Assembly: GCA_903846025.1 (NCBI GenBank)
Contig: CAIMZP010000059.1
Location: 15,916 to 79,915, forward strand
Source of the DNA: an uncultured beta proteobacterium
GTDB taxonomy: Bacteria > Pseudomonadota > Gammaproteobacteria > Burkholderiales > Burkholderiaceae
Reading direction: 5' to 3'
Length of the DNA: 64,000 nucleotides
The notes under the pieces are model-generated. The model was given only the letters and a program-made list of their open reading frames with translations, had not been told where the DNA came from and did no database searches. The translations under genes and the position numbers were made by a program. Of the stretch, positions 18,048 to 29,425 are shown in pieces. How positions within the stretch are numbered: the stretch's first letter is position 1; each line of letters starts with the position of its first letter.

Positions 18048-19247
18048 TTACGCTAATACGCGGGCGATCGCAGTAGCTACCTTATCAATATTTTTGGTAT
18101 TGAGAGCAGCTACACAAATACGACCAGTGGAGAGGGCATAAATGCCATCCTCTTTTTGTAAACGTTCAACTTGCTGAGGTGTTAAACCTGAATATGAAAA
18201 CATCCCCCGTTGAGCGTTAATAAACGCAAAATCTTGTTTGGTGCCAGCGGCAGCCAATTTGGATACAAGAGCCTCACGCATAGACTTAATGCGTTCGCGC
18301 ATTTGGGCCAGCTCATCTTCCCAAAGCTTTCTGAGTTCTGGTGAATTAAGTACTGCCGCTGTGATCGCTGCGCCATGGGTTGGGGGATTTGAGTAGTTGG
18401 TACGAATGACACGTTTGAGTTGAGACATCACGCGAGTAGATTCTTCTTTGCTTTCTGTAACGATGGATAAGGCTCCAACACGTTCACCATATAGCGAAAA
18501 AGATTTAGAAAAGGAGCTGGATACAAAAAAGGACATGCCTGATTGTGCAAACAAGCGAACAGCTATGCCGTCTTGTTCAATGCCGTCGGCAAAACCTTGA
18601 TAAGCCATATCCAGGAAAGGTATGAGTTTTTTGGTTTTACAGATATCAATTACCTGTGACCATTGAGTTTCAGTAATATCTGCGCCGGTAGGGTTATGAC
18701 AGCAAGCATGTAGTAAAACAGTTGTGAACTGAGGGAATGACTCTAAGGATTTCACCATTCCATCAAAATCTACGCCACGAGTCTTGGCGTCAAAGTAGCT
18801 GTACTCGATGACTTCAAAGCCAGCGGATTCAAAAATACCGCGATGATTTTCCCAGGTGGGATTGCTGATTGCAGCGGGCGCATTCAAATTGAGGCGCTTA
18901 ATGAAATCAGCACCAACACGAAGCGCACCGGTACCACCAATACATTCTGCAGTTACTACGCGACCATCTTTGATCAGGCTAGATTCTGCGCCAAATAACA
19001 GTGTTTGCACTGCTAAGTTATATGGGTTTGGACCTTCAATAGGAATGTAGCCTCGAGGGGAATGCTTAGCAACCAAATCTTCTTCCGCCTTAATTACCGC
19101 CTTTAAAAGAGGAATTTTTCCTTCATCTGTGTAATAAACGCCAACACCGAGGTTTACCTTATCCGCCCGTTGATCGGCAACATAGGCTTCTGTGAGGCCA
19201 AAAATAGGGTCTTTGGGGGCTAATTGAACGGAAGTAAAAAGGGTCAT
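18048..19247 (-). CDS. tyrB: Aromatic amino acid/aspartate aminotransferase (class I)
   Basis: NLGVGVY, GGTGAL, HACCHNPTG, DMAYQGF, SFSKSFSLYGERVG. TyrB versus AspC is not resolvable from sequence alone. Confidence 0.85.
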   Translation of the reverse strand: MTLFTSVQLAPKDPIFGLTEAYVADQRADKVNLGVGVYYTDEGKIPLLKAVIKAEEDLVAKHSPRGYIPIEGPNPYNLAVQTLLFGAESSLIKDGRVVTAECIGGTGALRVGADFIKRLNLNAPAAISNPTWENHRGIFESAGFEVIEYSYFDAKTRGVDFDGMVKSLESFPQFTTVLLHACCHNPTGADITETQWSQVIDICKTKKLIPFLDMAYQGFADGIEQDGIAVRLFAQSGMSFFVSSSFSKSFSLYGERVGALSIVTESKEESTRVMSQLKRVIRTNYSNPPTHGAAITAAVLNSPELRKLWEDELAQMRERIKSMREALVSKLAAAGTKQDFAFINAQRGMFSYSGLTPQQVERLQKEDGIYALSTGRICVAALNTKNIDKVATAIARVLA

Positions 19248-19414
19248 TTGGGGGTCGGGAGGATGATTTAAGGGTGGTTTCTGCGGTAATGGACGTTAAA
19301 TTCAGTTAAATTTGGCTTAATTGACCTTTTGGATGTCAGATTCAACTATTTCCCAATAAAAGAGCAAAATCAATGTCTGTACAAAATTCGCTGTGAATAA
19401 AACTCACAGATGAA

Positions 19415-21568
19415 ATGATAGCCGAGATGCCCACTAAGTTACCTAAAAATTCATCAAATTCCATAGTTGCCGAAGTCCAAAAAGGCCCAGTGGCTGATCC
19501 GCTAGGCGAGGCTGGCCACGATTTAGACCCTGCTAAATTTGTGTCCTTCCCAGATTCTCCTTTTCACCTCTATCAACCGTTTGCCCCAGCTGGGGATCAG
19601 CCAGCAGCAATTGAGGCTCTGGTGGCCGGTGTTGACGATGGCTTGACGTTTCAGACGCTGTTAGGTGTAACGGGCTCCGGAAAGACCTTTACGATGGCCA
19701 ATGTCATCGCTAGAACTGGGCGCCCAGCGATTATTTTTGCCCCTAATAAGACTTTGGCTGCTCAACTGTACAGCGAATTTAGAGAGTTTTTTCCGCGTAA
19801 TGCGGTTGAGTATTTTGTTAGTTACTACGACTATTACCAACCAGAAGCCTACGTACCTCAGCGTGATTTATTTATTGAAAAAGATTCATCTATCAATGAA
19901 CACATTGAGCAAATGCGACTCTCTGCAACGAAAAGCTTATTGGAGCGTCGTGATGTCATTATCGTAGCAACTGTTTCGGCAATTTACGGTATCGGCAATC
20001 CTGGCGATTACCACAGCATGGTGATGACTTTGCGTCCAGGCGACAAAATGAGTCAACGCGATATTTTGATGCGCCTTATTGCCATGCAATACGATCGCAA
20101 TGAAACTGATTTTAAGCGTGGAGTTTTTCGTGTTCGCGGTGACACTATCGATATCTTTCCGGCTGAGCATAATGAATTAGCAGTACGTGTTGAATTATTT
20201 GATGATGAGATTGAGAGTTTGCAATTTTTTGATCCCTTGACTGGGCGCATTCGTCAAAAGATTCCCCGCTTCACGGTTTACCCTAGCTCACATTACGTCA
20301 CACCTCGAGAGACTGTGCTCAAGGCGATCGAAACAATCAAGATAGAGTTACGCAATCGTTTGGATCAGTTTGTTAAGGATGGCAAATTAGTAGAGGCTCA
20401 GCGCTTAGAGCAGCGCACCCGTTTTGACTTAGAGATGCTCAACGAATTAGGGTTTTGTAAGGGCATTGAAAACTACTCCCGTCATCTTTCTGGTGCCATG
20501 CCAGGCGATGCCCCTCCAACTCTTGTGGATTATCTTCCGAACGACGCATTGATGTTTTTGGATGAAAGTCATGTCCTGATTGGTCAATTAAATGCGATGT
20601 ATAACGGTGATAAATCGCGTAAACATACCTTGGTGGAGTTTGGCTTTCGCTTGCCTTCAGCGATGGATAACCGCCCACTCAAATTCAGTGAATTTGAAAC
20701 CAAAATGCGACAAACTATTTTTGTTTCCGCTACACCTGCTGATTATGAAAAAACTCATACTGGACAGGTGGTGGAGCAAGTGGCAAGACCTACTGGACTC
20801 GTAGATCCAGAAATCGAAGTTCTCCCAGCTAGCACTCAAGTGGATGATTTACTCGGCCAGATTCATGAACGAGTAAAAGTTCATGAGCGCGTATTGGTAA
20901 CGGTATTGACCAAACGTATGGCAGAGCAGTTAACGGATTATTTATCAGACCATGGTGTGAAGGTGCGCTATGTCCACTCCGATATTGATACGGTCGAGCG
21001 TGTGGAAATTTTGCGAGATTTGCGCCTAGGTGTATTTGATGTCTTGGTAGGCATTAATTTATTGCGCGAAGGTTTAGACATTCCAGAAGTCTCTCTCGTG
21101 GCCATTTTGGACGCTGATAAAGAAGGCTTCTTACGCTCCGAACGCAGTCTGATACAGACTATCGGTAGGGCGGCTCGAAACATTAGAGGCAAGGCGATTT
21201 TGTATGCAGATAGGATTACTGATTCGATGAAGCGTGCGATGAGTGAAACCGATCGCCGCAGAACCAAGCAAATTGCCTTTAATAAGGCCAATGGGATTGT
21301 CCCCAGAGGAGTTCAGAAGCGGATTAAAGACATTATTGATGGGGTCTACGACGTCAAAGAGAAGCGCTCAGAGATGCAGATAGAACAAGAGCGGGCTCGG
21401 TATGAGGATATGAGCGAGAAAGACCTGGCGAGTGAAATCAAGCGCTTAGAAAAGCAAATGAACTCCGAGGCGAAGAATTTGGAGTTTGAGAAAGCCGCCG
21501 CTACTCGGGATAGGCTCACGAAAGTCAAGGAAATGGCTTTTGGGGCTCGATCTAGAGACTCCGTTTGA
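19415..21568 (+). CDS. uvrB: Excinuclease ABC subunit B
   Basis: [53 protein letters not shown]-terminal UVR domain. Confidence 0.98.
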   Translation: MIAEMPTKLPKNSSNSIVAEVQKGPVADPLGEAGHDLDPAKFVSFPDSPFHLYQPFAPAGDQPAAIEALVAGVDDGLTFQTLLGVTGSGKTFTMANVIARTGRPAIIFAPNKTLAAQLYSEFREFFPRNAVEYFVSYYDYYQPEAYVPQRDLFIEKDSSINEHIEQMRLSATKSLLERRDVIIVATVSAIYGIGNPGDYHSMVMTLRPGDKMSQRDILMRLIAMQYDRNETDFKRGVFRVRGDTIDIFPAEHNELAVRVELFDDEIESLQFFDPLTGRIRQKIPRFTVYPSSHYVTPRETVLKAIETIKIELRNRLDQFVKDGKLVEAQRLEQRTRFDLEMLNELGFCKGIENYSRHLSGAMPGDAPPTLVDYLPNDALMFLDESHVLIGQLNAMYNGDKSRKHTLVEFGFRLPSAMDNRPLKFSEFETKMRQTIFVSATPADYEKTHTGQVVEQVARPTGLVDPEIEVLPASTQVDDLLGQIHERVKVHERVLVTVLTKRMAEQLTDYLSDHGVKVRYVHSDIDTVERVEILRDLRLGVFDVLVGINLLREGLDIPEVSLVAILDADKEGFLRSERSLIQTIGRAARNIRGKAILYADRITDSMKRAMSETDRRRTKQIAFNKANGIVPRGVQKRIKDIIDGVYDVKEKRSEMQIEQERARYEDMSEKDLASEIKRLEKQMNSEAKNLEFEKAAATRDRLTKVKEMAFGARSRDSV

Positions 21569-21613
21569 TTATTCCCGTTTTTTTGAATGCAATCCCCTCA
21601 GTTTGTTGGGATA

Positions 21614-21668
21614 ATTCCTGAGCAGATTGGTTGGGTATATGGTAAAGTTGAGTGAAATGGTTGGGTAT
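21614..21668 (+). promoter_or_regulatory. Two tandem IscR type-1-like operator sites
   Basis: ATTCCTGAGCAGATTGGTTGGGTAT (21614-21638) and AAAGTTGAGTGAAATGGTTGGGTAT (21644-21668), 30 bp apart, directly upstream of iscR. They resemble the 25-bp autoregulatory sites of E. coli iscR. Confidence 0.6.
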
Positions 21669-21718
21669 TACCCGCCCAACTATAAGTTGTCCATAACAAT
21701 CCATTATCAAGGTGACAT

Positions 21719-22282
21719 ATGAGACTTACCACCAAAGGTCGTTTTGCCGTAACCGCAATGATTGATTTAGCCCTGCGTGAAACTCATGGCCCCGTGACTT
21801 TGGCTGGAATTAGCCAAAGACAAAAAATTTCACTTTCCTATCTGGAGCAGTTGTTTGGTAAATTGCGCCGCTTCAATGTTGTCGAGAGCACTCGCGGTCC
21901 TGGCGGGGGGTATACCCTTGCTCGAAAATCGGAAGACATCAGTGTTGCTGACATCATTATTGCTGTTGACGAACCCTTAGATGCTACCCAGTGTGGTGGC
22001 AAGGGCAACTGCCATACTGACGAAGATAATTATGGCCGTTGTATGACGCATGATCTTTGGACTAATCTCAATACCAAAATGGTTGAGTATCTCAGTTCAG
22101 TTTCTTTGCGCGACTTGGCCCAGCAGCAAGAAGGGCGCGGTATGGTTGTTCACGATTTACGCCATAAGAAAATTAAGGTTGAGAGCAGTAAAGCTGAAAA
22201 GCCAACAACTGCAATTGCCGCAAAAAAAGAGCTCGCCCCTAAGCGCCCGCTCGTGAATTCTGTTTTTAATCTAGCTCAATAA
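21719..22282 (+). CDS. iscR: Fe-S cluster assembly transcriptional regulator IscR
   Basis: MRLTTKGRFAV, SYLEQLF, RGPGGGY, cluster ligands in QCGGKGNC...RCMTH. Confidence 0.95.
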   Translation: MRLTTKGRFAVTAMIDLALRETHGPVTLAGISQRQKISLSYLEQLFGKLRRFNVVESTRGPGGGYTLARKSEDISVADIIIAVDEPLDATQCGGKGNCHTDEDNYGRCMTHDLWTNLNTKMVEYLSSVSLRDLAQQQEGRGMVVHDLRHKKIKVESSKAEKPTTAIAAKKELAPKRPLVNSVFNLAQ

Positions 22283-22305
22283 CTTAACTCATTGATAAGC
22301 AAACC

Positions 22306-23565
22306 ATGAACGCTCCACAAGCTATTCCAACACAACCGGTATCCATGTTTAGTCCTAAGCACTTTCCGGTGTACATGGACTACTCTGCAACCACCCCCAT
22401 TGACCCTCGCGTCGTAGATAAAATGCTGCCTTATTTGCGTGAGCAGTTTGGTAATGCCGCCTCCCGTAGCCACGCATATGGCTGGGCTGCAGAAGAGGCT
22501 GTCGAGTGGGCGCGCTCAGAGGTTGCTCAACTAGTTCACGCTGATCCAAGAGAGATTGTTTTTACTAGTGGCGCTACAGAAAGTATTAATTTGGCACTTA
22601 AAGGCGCTGCACATTTTTACAAAGACCGTGGCAATCATATTATTACCGTTAAGACTGAACACAAGGCGACGCTAGATACTTGCCGTGAGCTTGAGCGTGA
22701 AGGTTATGAGGTGACATATTTAGATGTATTACCCAATGGTTTAATCGACTTTGCCCAGCTGGAAGCCGCAATGAAGCCGGGCACTATTTTGGCTTCGGTA
22801 ATGTATGTTAATAATGAAATTGGTGTAGTGCAGGATATTCCTCAAATTGGAGAACTGTGTCGTTCACGTGGTGTGATTTTGCATGTGGATGCGGCGCAAG
22901 CTACTGGTAAAGTAGAAATTGATTTAGAAAAAATCAAAGTGGATTTAATGAGCTTTTCTGCTCACAAGACCTATGGTCCTAAAGGAATTGGAGCTTTGTT
23001 TGTTCGTCGTAAGCCACGCATTCGGATTGAAGCGCAGATTCATGGTGGCGGTCATGAGCGCGGTATGCGTTCTGGCACATTGGCGGTTCATCAAATTGTT
23101 GGTATGGGTGAAGCCTTTCGCATTGCTCGCATTGAAATGGTTGAAGAGAATACGCGCATTCGTGCATTGCGCGATCGTTTATTGGCCGGCCTCAAGGATA
23201 TCGAAGAGGTTTATGTGAATGGCGATATGGACCAACGCGTTCCTCATAATCTGAATATTAGTTTTAACTATGTCGAAGGTGAATCGATGTTGATGGCCCT
23301 CAAAGATCTAGCGATCTCATCTGGCTCGGCTTGTACCTCAGCCTCCCTGGAGCCATCTTATGTATTGCGTGCCCTAGGGCGTAACGATGAATTAGCGCAT
23401 AGCTCCATTCGTTTTACCCTTGGTCGATTCACCACTGAAGAAGAAGTGGATTTCACAATCGCTCTAGTGAAAGAAAAGATAGCTAAGTTACGTGAACTAT
23501 CACCATTGTGGGAAATGTTTAAAGATGGTATTGATATCAGCACAATTGAATGGGCAGCACACTAA
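22306..23565 (+). CDS. iscS: Cysteine desulfurase IscS
   Basis: [31 protein letters not shown] end. Confidence 0.98.
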   Translation: MNAPQAIPTQPVSMFSPKHFPVYMDYSATTPIDPRVVDKMLPYLREQFGNAASRSHAYGWAAEEAVEWARSEVAQLVHADPREIVFTSGATESINLALKGAAHFYKDRGNHIITVKTEHKATLDTCRELEREGYEVTYLDVLPNGLIDFAQLEAAMKPGTILASVMYVNNEIGVVQDIPQIGELCRSRGVILHVDAAQATGKVEIDLEKIKVDLMSFSAHKTYGPKGIGALFVRRKPRIRIEAQIHGGGHERGMRSGTLAVHQIVGMGEAFRIARIEMVEENTRIRALRDRLLAGLKDIEEVYVNGDMDQRVPHNLNISFNYVEGESMLMALKDLAISSGSACTSASLEPSYVLRALGRNDELAHSSIRFTLGRFTTEEEVDFTIALVKEKIAKLRELSPLWEMFKDGIDISTIEWAAH

Positions 23566-23594
23566 GTATTATTGAAAGGTAAAGAGAAAAAATC

Positions 23595-23984
23595 ATGGCA
23601 TATAGCGAAAAAGTAATTGACCACTATGAAAACCCCCGAAATGTGGGCTCCTTTGCAAAGACTGACGATAACGTCGGTACTGGCATGGTTGGTGCTCCCG
23701 CATGTGGAGATGTAATGAAATTACAAATCCGTGTAAATGATCAAGGCATTATTGAAGATGCAAAGTTCAAGACTTATGGTTGTGGCTCTGCCATCGCTTC
23801 ATCTTCGTTAGTTACCGAGTGGGTTAAAGGTAAAACCCTCGATCAAGCGCTGGAGATTAAGAATTCATTAATCGCCGAGGAATTGGCTTTACCACCCGTA
23901 AAAATTCATTGCTCCATTTTGGCTGAAGACGCCATCAAGGCAGCGGTAAAGGATTACAAAGAAAAGCATCCAGCTAAGCAATAA
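23595..23984 (+). CDS. iscU: Fe-S scaffold IscU
   Basis: GAPACGDVM, YGCGSAIA, LPPVKIHCS. Confidence 0.98.
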   Translation: MAYSEKVIDHYENPRNVGSFAKTDDNVGTGMVGAPACGDVMKLQIRVNDQGIIEDAKFKTYGCGSAIASSSLVTEWVKGKTLDQALEIKNSLIAEELALPPVKIHCSILAEDAIKAAVKDYKEKHPAKQ

Positions 23985-24014
23985 AGAATATAGGGAAGAA
24001 GAGGTAGATAAATC

Positions 24015-24338
24015 ATGGCAATTACCTTAACTGATAAAGCAGCAGCTCACGTTAACCGCAATCTTGAAAAGCGTGGCAAGGGCTGTGGCTTACGCTTGGG
24101 CGTTCGTACCACGGGTTGCTCTGGCCTAGCTTATCAACTGGAATATGTTGATGAGGCTGCGCCTGAAGACACCATGTTTGAGTCTAATGGCATTAAAGTA
24201 TTTATAGACCCTAAGAGCTTGGCTTATTTGGACGGTACTGAATTGGATTTTGTACGTGAAGGATTGAACGAGGGCTTTAAGTTTCAAAATCCAAACGTAA
24301 AAGACGAGTGTGGTTGTGGCGAATCTTTCCGCGTCTGA
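24015..24338 (+). CDS. iscA: Fe-S assembly protein IscA
   Basis: TTGCSG and CGCGESF. Confidence 0.97.
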   Translation: MAITLTDKAAAHVNRNLEKRGKGCGLRLGVRTTGCSGLAYQLEYVDEAAPEDTMFESNGIKVFIDPKSLAYLDGTELDFVREGLNEGFKFQNPNVKDECGCGESFRV

Positions 24339-24843
24339 CGATTACTTTCGTTTTTTTGGGTTAGATCAGCAATTCCAGATTGACTTGTCTGCTTTAGATC
24401 GAGCATATTTAGCTGTTCAAAGGGAAGTACACCCAGATCGTCATGCGCGTGGCAGTGACTCTGAGAAGCGCATTGCCATGCAAATGGCAATCTTATCTAA
24501 TACCGCCCTCCAAACACTGAAAAATCCAATTACGCGCGGACTTTACCTTTGTAAATTACATGGCGTCGATGCTCGTTTAGAGACTAATACGGCCATGCCT
24601 ACAGCTTTTTTGATGAAGCAAATGGACTGGCGCGAAAGCCTCGATGAGCATGCCGAGGATCTCTCTTCTTTGGAGGTTTTGGTTGAAGAGGTCAACCAAT
24701 CGAAACAAGAGACTTTGACTGAAGTTATCCAAGCAATCGATGGGGCTAAGAACTATGAGCGCGCAGCAGAATTGCTGCGGGGCTTGCTTTTCATTGATAA
24801 GTTTGCAATTGAGCTCGATGATGCCATTTCGGCTTTGTTATAG
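24310..24843 (+). CDS. hscB: Co-chaperone HscB
   Basis: J-domain HPD motif, [11 protein letters not shown]; position in the isc operon. Exact start uncertain (overlaps iscA). Confidence 0.92.
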   Translation: MVVANLSASDDYFRFFGLDQQFQIDLSALDRAYLAVQREVHPDRHARGSDSEKRIAMQMAILSNTALQTLKNPITRGLYLCKLHGVDARLETNTAMPTAFLMKQMDWRESLDEHAEDLSSLEVLVEEVNQSKQETLTEVIQAIDGAKNYERAAELLRGLLFIDKFAIELDDAISALL

Positions 24844-24860
24844 CTTTACACTCTAAGCCC

Positions 24861-26726
24861 ATGGCCTTATTACAAATCTCCGAACCCGGTAAATCACTTG
24901 CCCCTCATCAGCGACGCATTGCCGTTGGCATTGACTTAGGGACCACCAATTCTTTAGTGGCGATTGTGAAAGACGCTCTTCCGAAGGTGCTTCCCGATTC
25001 CAAAGGGCGCGAACTTCTACCTTCAGTAGTTCGCTTTCTCCCCAATGGCCAAACCCAAGCTGGTTTTGAAGCTCTGGAGAGCGTTGTTTCTGATCCAAAA
25101 AATACGATAGTTTCTGTAAAGCGCTTTATGGGACGAGGCATTGTGGATGTAGATCATATAGAAAATGCCCCATATGACTTTGTAGATGAGCCGGGCATGT
25201 TGAAATTGAGAACAGTCGCAGGTGACAAGAGTCCTATTGAAGTTTCCGCGGAAATTTTAGCGCGCTTACGTCAGTTGGCGGAAGACTCCGTGAATGATGA
25301 GATTGTTGGCGCAGTGATTACTGTTCCGGCATATTTTGATGATGCGCAACGTCAGGCAACCAAAGATGCCGCTAAGCTGGCGGGCATCGAAGTGTTGCGT
25401 TTGCTGAATGAGCCAACGGCTGCGGCAATTGCATACGGGCTGGATAATGCTACCGAAGGTATTTATGCGGTGTATGACTTAGGCGGCGGTACCTTTGATA
25501 TTTCTATATTGCGCATGAGTAGAGGTGTCTTTGAAGTTCTTTCCACTGGCGGTGATTCTGCCTTAGGAGGGGATGATTTTGACCATCGACTGTATTGCTG
25601 GGTGATTGAGCAGGCTAAATTGCCACCACTATCGCTTCAGGACCATCGCAAATTACTACTCTCTTGTACGCATGCAAAAGAGCAACTGAGTCACAATCCT
25701 TTGGCGCGCGTTCACGAAACCCTAACTGATGGCACTGTTGTAAATGTTGGCATTAGTCAGGCGCAGTTTTTTGAGATCACCCAAAATCTCGTTGCCAAAA
25801 CCTTGGTAGCGGTCAAGAAGGCGTTGCGTGATGCGAGCCTTAAGCCCGAGGAGGTAAAGGGTGTTGTGATGGTAGGTGGCGCCACGCGGATGCCTCATGT
25901 TCAACGTGCGGTCGGCGACCTATTTGGTAGCAAGCCCTTAAATAACCTGAACCCCGATCAAGTCGTTGCTTTAGGCGCGGCAATGCAAGCTGATTTGCTT
26001 GCGGGAAATCAAAGTAAAGATGATGAATGGTTATTGCTAGATGTCATCCCTCTTTCCTTGGGCGTTGAAACTATGGGCGGACTAGTCGAGAAAATTATTC
26101 CGCGTAACACTCCAATTCCGGTTGCACGTGCCCAGGATTTCACAACATTTAAAGATGGTCAGACCGCATTAGCCATTCAAGTAGTGCAGGGTGAGCGTGA
26201 GTTGGCCCAATACTGCCGTTCTTTAGGCAGGTTTGAGCTACGTGGCATCCCACCAATGGCTGCCGGGGCAGCACGCATTCGAGTTACTTTCCAGGTGGAT
26301 GCAGATGGCTTGCTCTCAGTGAGCGCAATGGAGCAAGGCTCAGGCGTTCAGGCCTCTATTGATATCAAACCTTCTTATGGCCTAACGGATGCCGAAATTA
26401 CTCGCATGCTACAAGATGGTTTTGCTTCAGCCAAAGTGGATTTATTGGCAAGATCTTTGCGCGAAGAACAGGTTAATGCTCAGCGTCTATTAGATGCAGT
26501 TCAAACCGCCTTAAATAGCGATCAATCATTGCTGAGTGATCAAGAGCGGGTTGCGGTAGAGCAGGAAATGAAAATCTTAAAAGAAGTTCTGAATGAAGAA
26601 ACAGAGAGTGCCATTCTGCGTAAAGCTGTAGACCATGCGGCTAAAGCAACGGACGAGTTCGCACAAAGGCGAATGAATGCCAGCATTCAGAAAGCATTAG
26701 CCGGTAAGAGTGTTGCCGAAATCTAA
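24861..26726 (+). CDS. hscA: Fe-S chaperone HscA (Hsp70 family)
   Basis: MALLQISEP start, [38 protein letters not shown]. Confidence 0.97.
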   Translation: MALLQISEPGKSLAPHQRRIAVGIDLGTTNSLVAIVKDALPKVLPDSKGRELLPSVVRFLPNGQTQAGFEALESVVSDPKNTIVSVKRFMGRGIVDVDHIENAPYDFVDEPGMLKLRTVAGDKSPIEVSAEILARLRQLAEDSVNDEIVGAVITVPAYFDDAQRQATKDAAKLAGIEVLRLLNEPTAAAIAYGLDNATEGIYAVYDLGGGTFDISILRMSRGVFEVLSTGGDSALGGDDFDHRLYCWVIEQAKLPPLSLQDHRKLLLSCTHAKEQLSHNPLARVHETLTDGTVVNVGISQAQFFEITQNLVAKTLVAVKKALRDASLKPEEVKGVVMVGGATRMPHVQRAVGDLFGSKPLNNLNPDQVVALGAAMQADLLAGNQSKDDEWLLLDVIPLSLGVETMGGLVEKIIPRNTPIPVARAQDFTTFKDGQTALAIQVVQGERELAQYCRSLGRFELRGIPPMAAGAARIRVTFQVDADGLLSVSAMEQGSGVQASIDIKPSYGLTDAEITRMLQDGFASAKVDLLARSLREEQVNAQRLLDAVQTALNSDQSLLSDQERVAVEQEMKILKEVLNEETESAILRKAVDHAAKATDEFAQRRMNASIQKALAGKSVAEI

Positions 26727-26780
26727 GTAATTAAAAAAGCAAGAACGTTAAAAATATATAGAAACCCAAAAAGATTGCAT

Positions 26781-27119
26781 ATGACCCAAATCGTCGTTCT
26801 TCCCCATAGCGAGTATTGTCCAGAGGGTGCTGTAGTCGAGGTTGCTCCCGGCACTTCAATTTGTGAGGCATTGCTGGAGAACGATATTCCTATTGAGCAC
26901 GCCTGCGATATGGTGTGTGCCTGCACGACTTGTCACGTCATCGTTAAAGAGGGGTACCAAAGCTTAAATGCCCCCGATGAAAACGAAGAGGATTTACTCG
27001 ATCGTGCCTGGGGTCTCAATCCCCAATCACGTCTCTCCTGCCAGGCTATTGTTGCGCGAGAAAATTTAGTCATTGAAATACCCAAGTATTCAATTAATCA
27101 CGCCAAAGAAAATCATTAA
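26781..27119 (+). CDS. fdx: ISC 2Fe-2S ferredoxin
   Basis: HACDMVCACTTCHV and SRLSCQA. ATG at 26781. Confidence 0.96.
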   Translation: MTQIVVLPHSEYCPEGAVVEVAPGTSICEALLENDIPIEHACDMVCACTTCHVIVKEGYQSLNAPDENEEDLLDRAWGLNPQSRLSCQAIVARENLVIEIPKYSINHAKENH

Positions 27120-27146
27120 GACTACGTTGGTATTTTTGGAGTCAGC

Positions 27147-27830
27147 ATGTACAAATTAATAGCCTTTGATGCTTATGGAACTTTATTTGATGTTTACTCC
27201 ATGGGGCAGCTGGCAGATGAACTTTATCCAGGTCATGGTCAGGCGCTTGCGCTCATGTGGCGCGATCGACAGATTGAATATACTCGCTTAGTTACTATGA
27301 GTGATCCTAGCCCCAGTGGGAGTAAATATTACTTGCCATTTTGGGAGCTCACCATTCGATCTCTTCGCTATGTCTGTAAGCGGATGGGTTTAGAGCTCTC
27401 TCTTGAAAATGAGCAGCGCCTAATGAATCAATATGCCAAGCTTACGAGTTTCGAAGATAGTCTTAGGGTTCTTATGGCCATCAAAGATCATGGTATCTCT
27501 ACCGCAATTTTATCCAATGGCAGCAGAGAAATGCTCAACACAGTGGTTCAAAGCAATGGCTTGCATCCTTATTTAGATCAGGTAGTCACGATTGAGGATG
27601 TACGACTCTTTAAAACTGCACCGCAAGCTTATGAATTATTGCTTAAAGCCTTTCCAGTAAAAAAAGAGGAAATTCTGTTTGTCTCAAGTAATGCCTGGGA
27701 TGCATTAGCAGCGAAGTGGTATGGTTTCGATGTGTTTTGGGTAAACCGTCTTGGGCATCCTTATGAAGAAATAGGTATGCAACCTAACTATGTTGGGGAT
27801 TCATTGAGCAAAGTCTTAGATGTGGTTTGA
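27147..27830 (+). CDS. Haloacid dehalogenase type II (L-2-haloacid dehalogenase-like HAD)
   Basis: FDAYGTLFDV, WRDRQIEY, ILSNG, FKTAP, FVSSNAWD. Confidence 0.9.
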   Translation: MYKLIAFDAYGTLFDVYSMGQLADELYPGHGQALALMWRDRQIEYTRLVTMSDPSPSGSKYYLPFWELTIRSLRYVCKRMGLELSLENEQRLMNQYAKLTSFEDSLRVLMAIKDHGISTAILSNGSREMLNTVVQSNGLHPYLDQVVTIEDVRLFKTAPQAYELLLKAFPVKKEEILFVSSNAWDALAAKWYGFDVFWVNRLGHPYEEIGMQPNYVGDSLSKVLDVV

Positions 27831-27979
27831 GCGGCGAAAGCGTATTAGGTCCATATGTGCACTAAATCAGAGCATAAATCCCCAATTTAATGCTATCCCA
27901 GAGTTAATTTTGCCACTCAGACGTTAATATGAATTTGTTGTTCATTTTTTAGGTAGCACCTCCATAGCATTTCTTTCAG

Positions 27980-28002
27980 GCCATCCTTCGGGATGGCTTT
28001 TT
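27980..28002 (+). terminator. Rho-independent terminator (isc-HAD transcript or sRNA)
   Basis: GCCATCC-TTCG-GGATGGC followed by TTTTT. Confidence 0.8.
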
Positions 28003-28020
28003 CTTGAATGATGTCAAAAG

Positions 28021-28045
28021 AAAAAGCCCCGCGCTAGCGAGGCTT
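28021..28045 (-). terminator. Rho-independent terminator after cysN
   Basis: Minus strand reads AAGCCTCGC-TAGC-GCGGGGCTT then TTT. Confidence 0.75.
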
Positions 28046-28069
28046 CATCATTTCATTCCTTAATATGAA

Positions 28070-29425
28070 TTACTGAGCAATTGCTTCTCGAATCATCCCA
28101 GCTGCAACCGTATGATTGGTCGCTTCATCAATAAGAATAAATGCCCCAGTGCGTTGAGACTGATCAAATAAATCAGCTGCAATGGGTTTTTGTAAGACAA
28201 AGTCGATTCTACCAATCTCATTGATGGTTAGGGCATGGGTATCACCAGCCTGAGACAGGGTCTGTACGTCTAATACCCTTTGGATAGATTTCACCTTAGC
28301 GCTGACGGTATTGCTGGTATGGCGTAATGCATATTTACGACTCAAGGAGAGTGGCTCGCTATCCAACCAGCATAAATCAGCAGAGATCTGTTTGCTGAGG
28401 ATTGGCGGTGCAACATCATCGGCGCTAATGAAGAGGCTGCCTCTGGAGACATCGATATCTTCTGCCAACTGAATTGCTATCGCTTGGCCGGTCACAGCAA
28501 AATCTACTGCATTGTAGTTATCAGTTTGTTCGCGATGTGAGCCATTACCCAGATAAATCTCAGCAACTGTAGCTTCTGAGTTTCCTGGCAAAACTTTAAT
28601 TTTTTGGCCTTTGCGAATGCTACCCGATTCAATTTGACCGAGGTACCCACGGAAGTCATCTGAGGCACTACCATCTTGACGCGCAACGTATTGCACTGGA
28701 AAACGCAAAGCTGTTTTTTCTGATTGAGGACTAGTATCCAAGTCTTCAAGCCACTGCAATAAGGTTGGTCCGCTATACCATGGCGTATCTTTGCTAGCAG
28801 CGACAACGTTTGCGCCAGACAGGGCAGAAATTGGAATCAAAAAAGGTTTTGGTAGACCAATCTTTTGACACGAATCTGCAATCGAGGTCTGAATGGTATT
28901 AAAAATATTTTCATCAAAGTCTAGGAGATCCATCTTGTTTACGGCAAAAACTATGTGTCGCAGACCTAACAAATGAACAATGACCGAATGGCGTTTAGTT
29001 TGCGCCAATAGTGTTGCTGGAGTGGTACTCAAGTCAACGCGTGTAGCATCAACCAAGATAACGGCGACATCTGACTGAGAAGCGCCAGTGACTAAGTTGC
29101 GGGTGTATTGCTCATGGCCTGGCGCATCAGCAACAATAAATTTTCGCTTTGGTGTGGAGAAATAACGGTATGCAACATCAATAGTGATGCCTTGCTCGCG
29201 TTCAGCCTCCAAACCATCCGTTAAGAGAGCCAAATCTACGCCTGCATCAGATGAAGTAACGCGTGCATGTTTAGTTTTAGATAGCGCCTCAAGTTGGTCT
29301 ACCAAAATCGATTTGGTATCGTAAAGTAAACGACCAATTAAAGTGCTTTTACCGTCATCGACGCTGCCAGCGGTAATAAAGCGGACAACATTCTGATGAA
29401 TGGGATGCTTAATTTCTTTATTCAT
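28070..29425 (-). CDS. cysN: Sulfate adenylyltransferase subunit 1 (GTPase), without a fused APS kinase
   Basis: GSVDDGKSTLIGRLL, EREQGITIDVAYRYF, DAPGHEQY, NKMD, TGAFILID. Confidence 0.95.
   Translation of the reverse strand: MNKEIKHPIHQNVVRFITAGSVDDGKSTLIGRLLYDTKSILVDQLEALSKTKHARVTSSDAGVDLALLTDGLEAEREQGITIDVAYRYFSTPKRKFIVADAPGHEQYTRNLVTGASQSDVAVILVDATRVDLSTTPATLLAQTKRHSVIVHLLGLRHIVFAVNKMDLLDFDENIFNTIQTSIADSCQKIGLPKPFLIPISALSGANVVAASKDTPWYSGPTLLQWLEDLDTSPQSEKTALRFPVQYVARQDGSASDDFRGYLGQIESGSIRKGQKIKVLPGNSEATVAEIYLGNGSHREQTDNYNAVDFAVTGQAIAIQLAEDIDVSRGSLFISADDVAPPILSKQISADLCWLDSEPLSLSRKYALRHTSNTVSAKVKSIQRVLDVQTLSQAGDTHALTINEIGRIDFVLQKPIAADLFDQSQRTGAFILIDEATNHTVAAGMIREAIAQ

Noticed and set aside
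28012-28017. Perfect TTGACA on the minus strand after the cysN terminator
   Set aside because: No -10 element at a suitable distance; it mostly overlaps the terminator U-tract.
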